The position numbers and the translations under genes are program-made. A DNA stretch of 63,861 bases, counting the filler, from Octopus bimaculoides (taxonomy: Eukaryota): the NCBI RefSeq assembly GCF_001194135.2. It is 9 parts of 8 records of this genome, joined end to end, with 100 filler letters (N's around TTAATTAATTAA, not from the genome) between each part and the next. Parts side by side here need not be neighbours in the genome. Positions count along the whole stretch, not along the records: positions 62,651 to 63,861 come from NC_068988.1; 8 more parts are not named here. The stretch is one strand, 5' to 3'. The notes under the pieces are model-generated. The model was not told where the DNA came from. It searched no databases and was given only the letters and a program-made list of their open reading frames with translations. Shown piece by piece: positions 63,114-63,861 of this stretch. The first letter of the stretch is position 1, and every line of letters starts with the position of its first letter.

Positions 63114-63665
63114 AACAAGAGCACTCAGAAAGCGCCGACCTCCGCCAAGGCAACACCAACGTTCTCCCAGAGATGATTTTTAAAATTATAATATCTGAAA
63201 TAAAGACTGCTCTCACAAATGAGAACACTAAAAATTAACCCGACCGCTCTCAAAAATTAAGTGAAAGAAAAACCGGAAAAAATAATCCCGAATGCTTCTC
63301 CGGTACCTGATCGACCCCAATGGTTGTCATGAATGGTAGTAGGTGACAGTAGAAAATTTAGTAACAATAATAGATAGTTTATCCCTATCTAATTGTTACA
63401 AGCCAAAGTTAACAAATTCACCATTTAAAATAGTTACAGCTAAAGGGAGATAATTGAGAAAGACTTGAAAGTTAACGTAAGATCGTAATCAAGTAAAGTA
63501 AATACAAAAAAATAATCCAGAATCCTTGTTCGGTACCGTATCGACTCCAAAATCTAATCAGTTCGTGCCGAATCCATTCAGCGGTTCTTGAGATATCCTG
63601 TCCACGGACAAGCAAACATAACTGAAAGCAATACCTCCGTCTTCGCTAAGGCGGAGGCAAATAAC
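63114..63665. mobile_element. Helentron-associated-type non-autonomous element (subterminal repeat plus terminal hairpin)
   Basis: ACCTCCGCC at 63138-46 recurs in the terminal hairpin CCTCCGTCTT-CGCT-AAGGCGGAGG (63634-57); internal direct repeats AAAATAATCC.GAAT...CGGTACC...TCGAC.CC at about 63278 and 63509. Confidence 0.55.
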
Positions 63666-63861
63666 CTACCGAAAATGTGATGTACCAATAAACAATTAAG
63701 AAGCAAGATGAAGAAATAGTAAACAACTGGAAAATCAGCAACTGTTGCTGATCCCTTAATTATGTATATATATATATATATATACTTAATTAAATTAAAC
63801 AATAGGGTAAAACATTGGATTCGGATGTATATATACTTCATTTAGAGAATTAACATTGCTT

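Overview
AT-rich, heavily gapped animal genomic DNA, dominated by microsatellites and decayed transposable elements. The SINE, LINE and MITE repertoire and the TTAATTAATTAA gap spacers suggest a draft Octopus assembly; this is an inference from recollection, not a database result. There is one clear host gene: nine + strand exons (42414-48423, all AG/GT-bounded with compatible phases, 449 codons plus stop) encoding the C-terminal two-thirds of an SLC23/NAT (nucleobase-ascorbate) transporter. Its 5' exons were not found. The rest is TE debris: RTE and R4/Dong-like LINE pieces, several Penelope-like element (PLE) pieces including a long dead Naiad-type copy with Asn-rich in-frame linkers, four or five Tc1/mariner-superfamily relics, hAT- and piggyBac-like MITEs, Helentron-like non-autonomous elements, tRNA-derived SINEs and a ~31-bp minisatellite. 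Best leads: (1) a nearly canonical type I hammerhead ribozyme at 37657-37718, sense to and upstream of the known SLC23 exons, plus several decayed hammerhead relics; (2) the Asn-rich PLE architecture; (3) the transporter's NAT motif (SENIG), which predicts nucleobase rather than vitamin C transport. I found no convincing evidence of a wholly new multi-gene system. Most ORF-track entries are microsatellite or N-gap artefacts.
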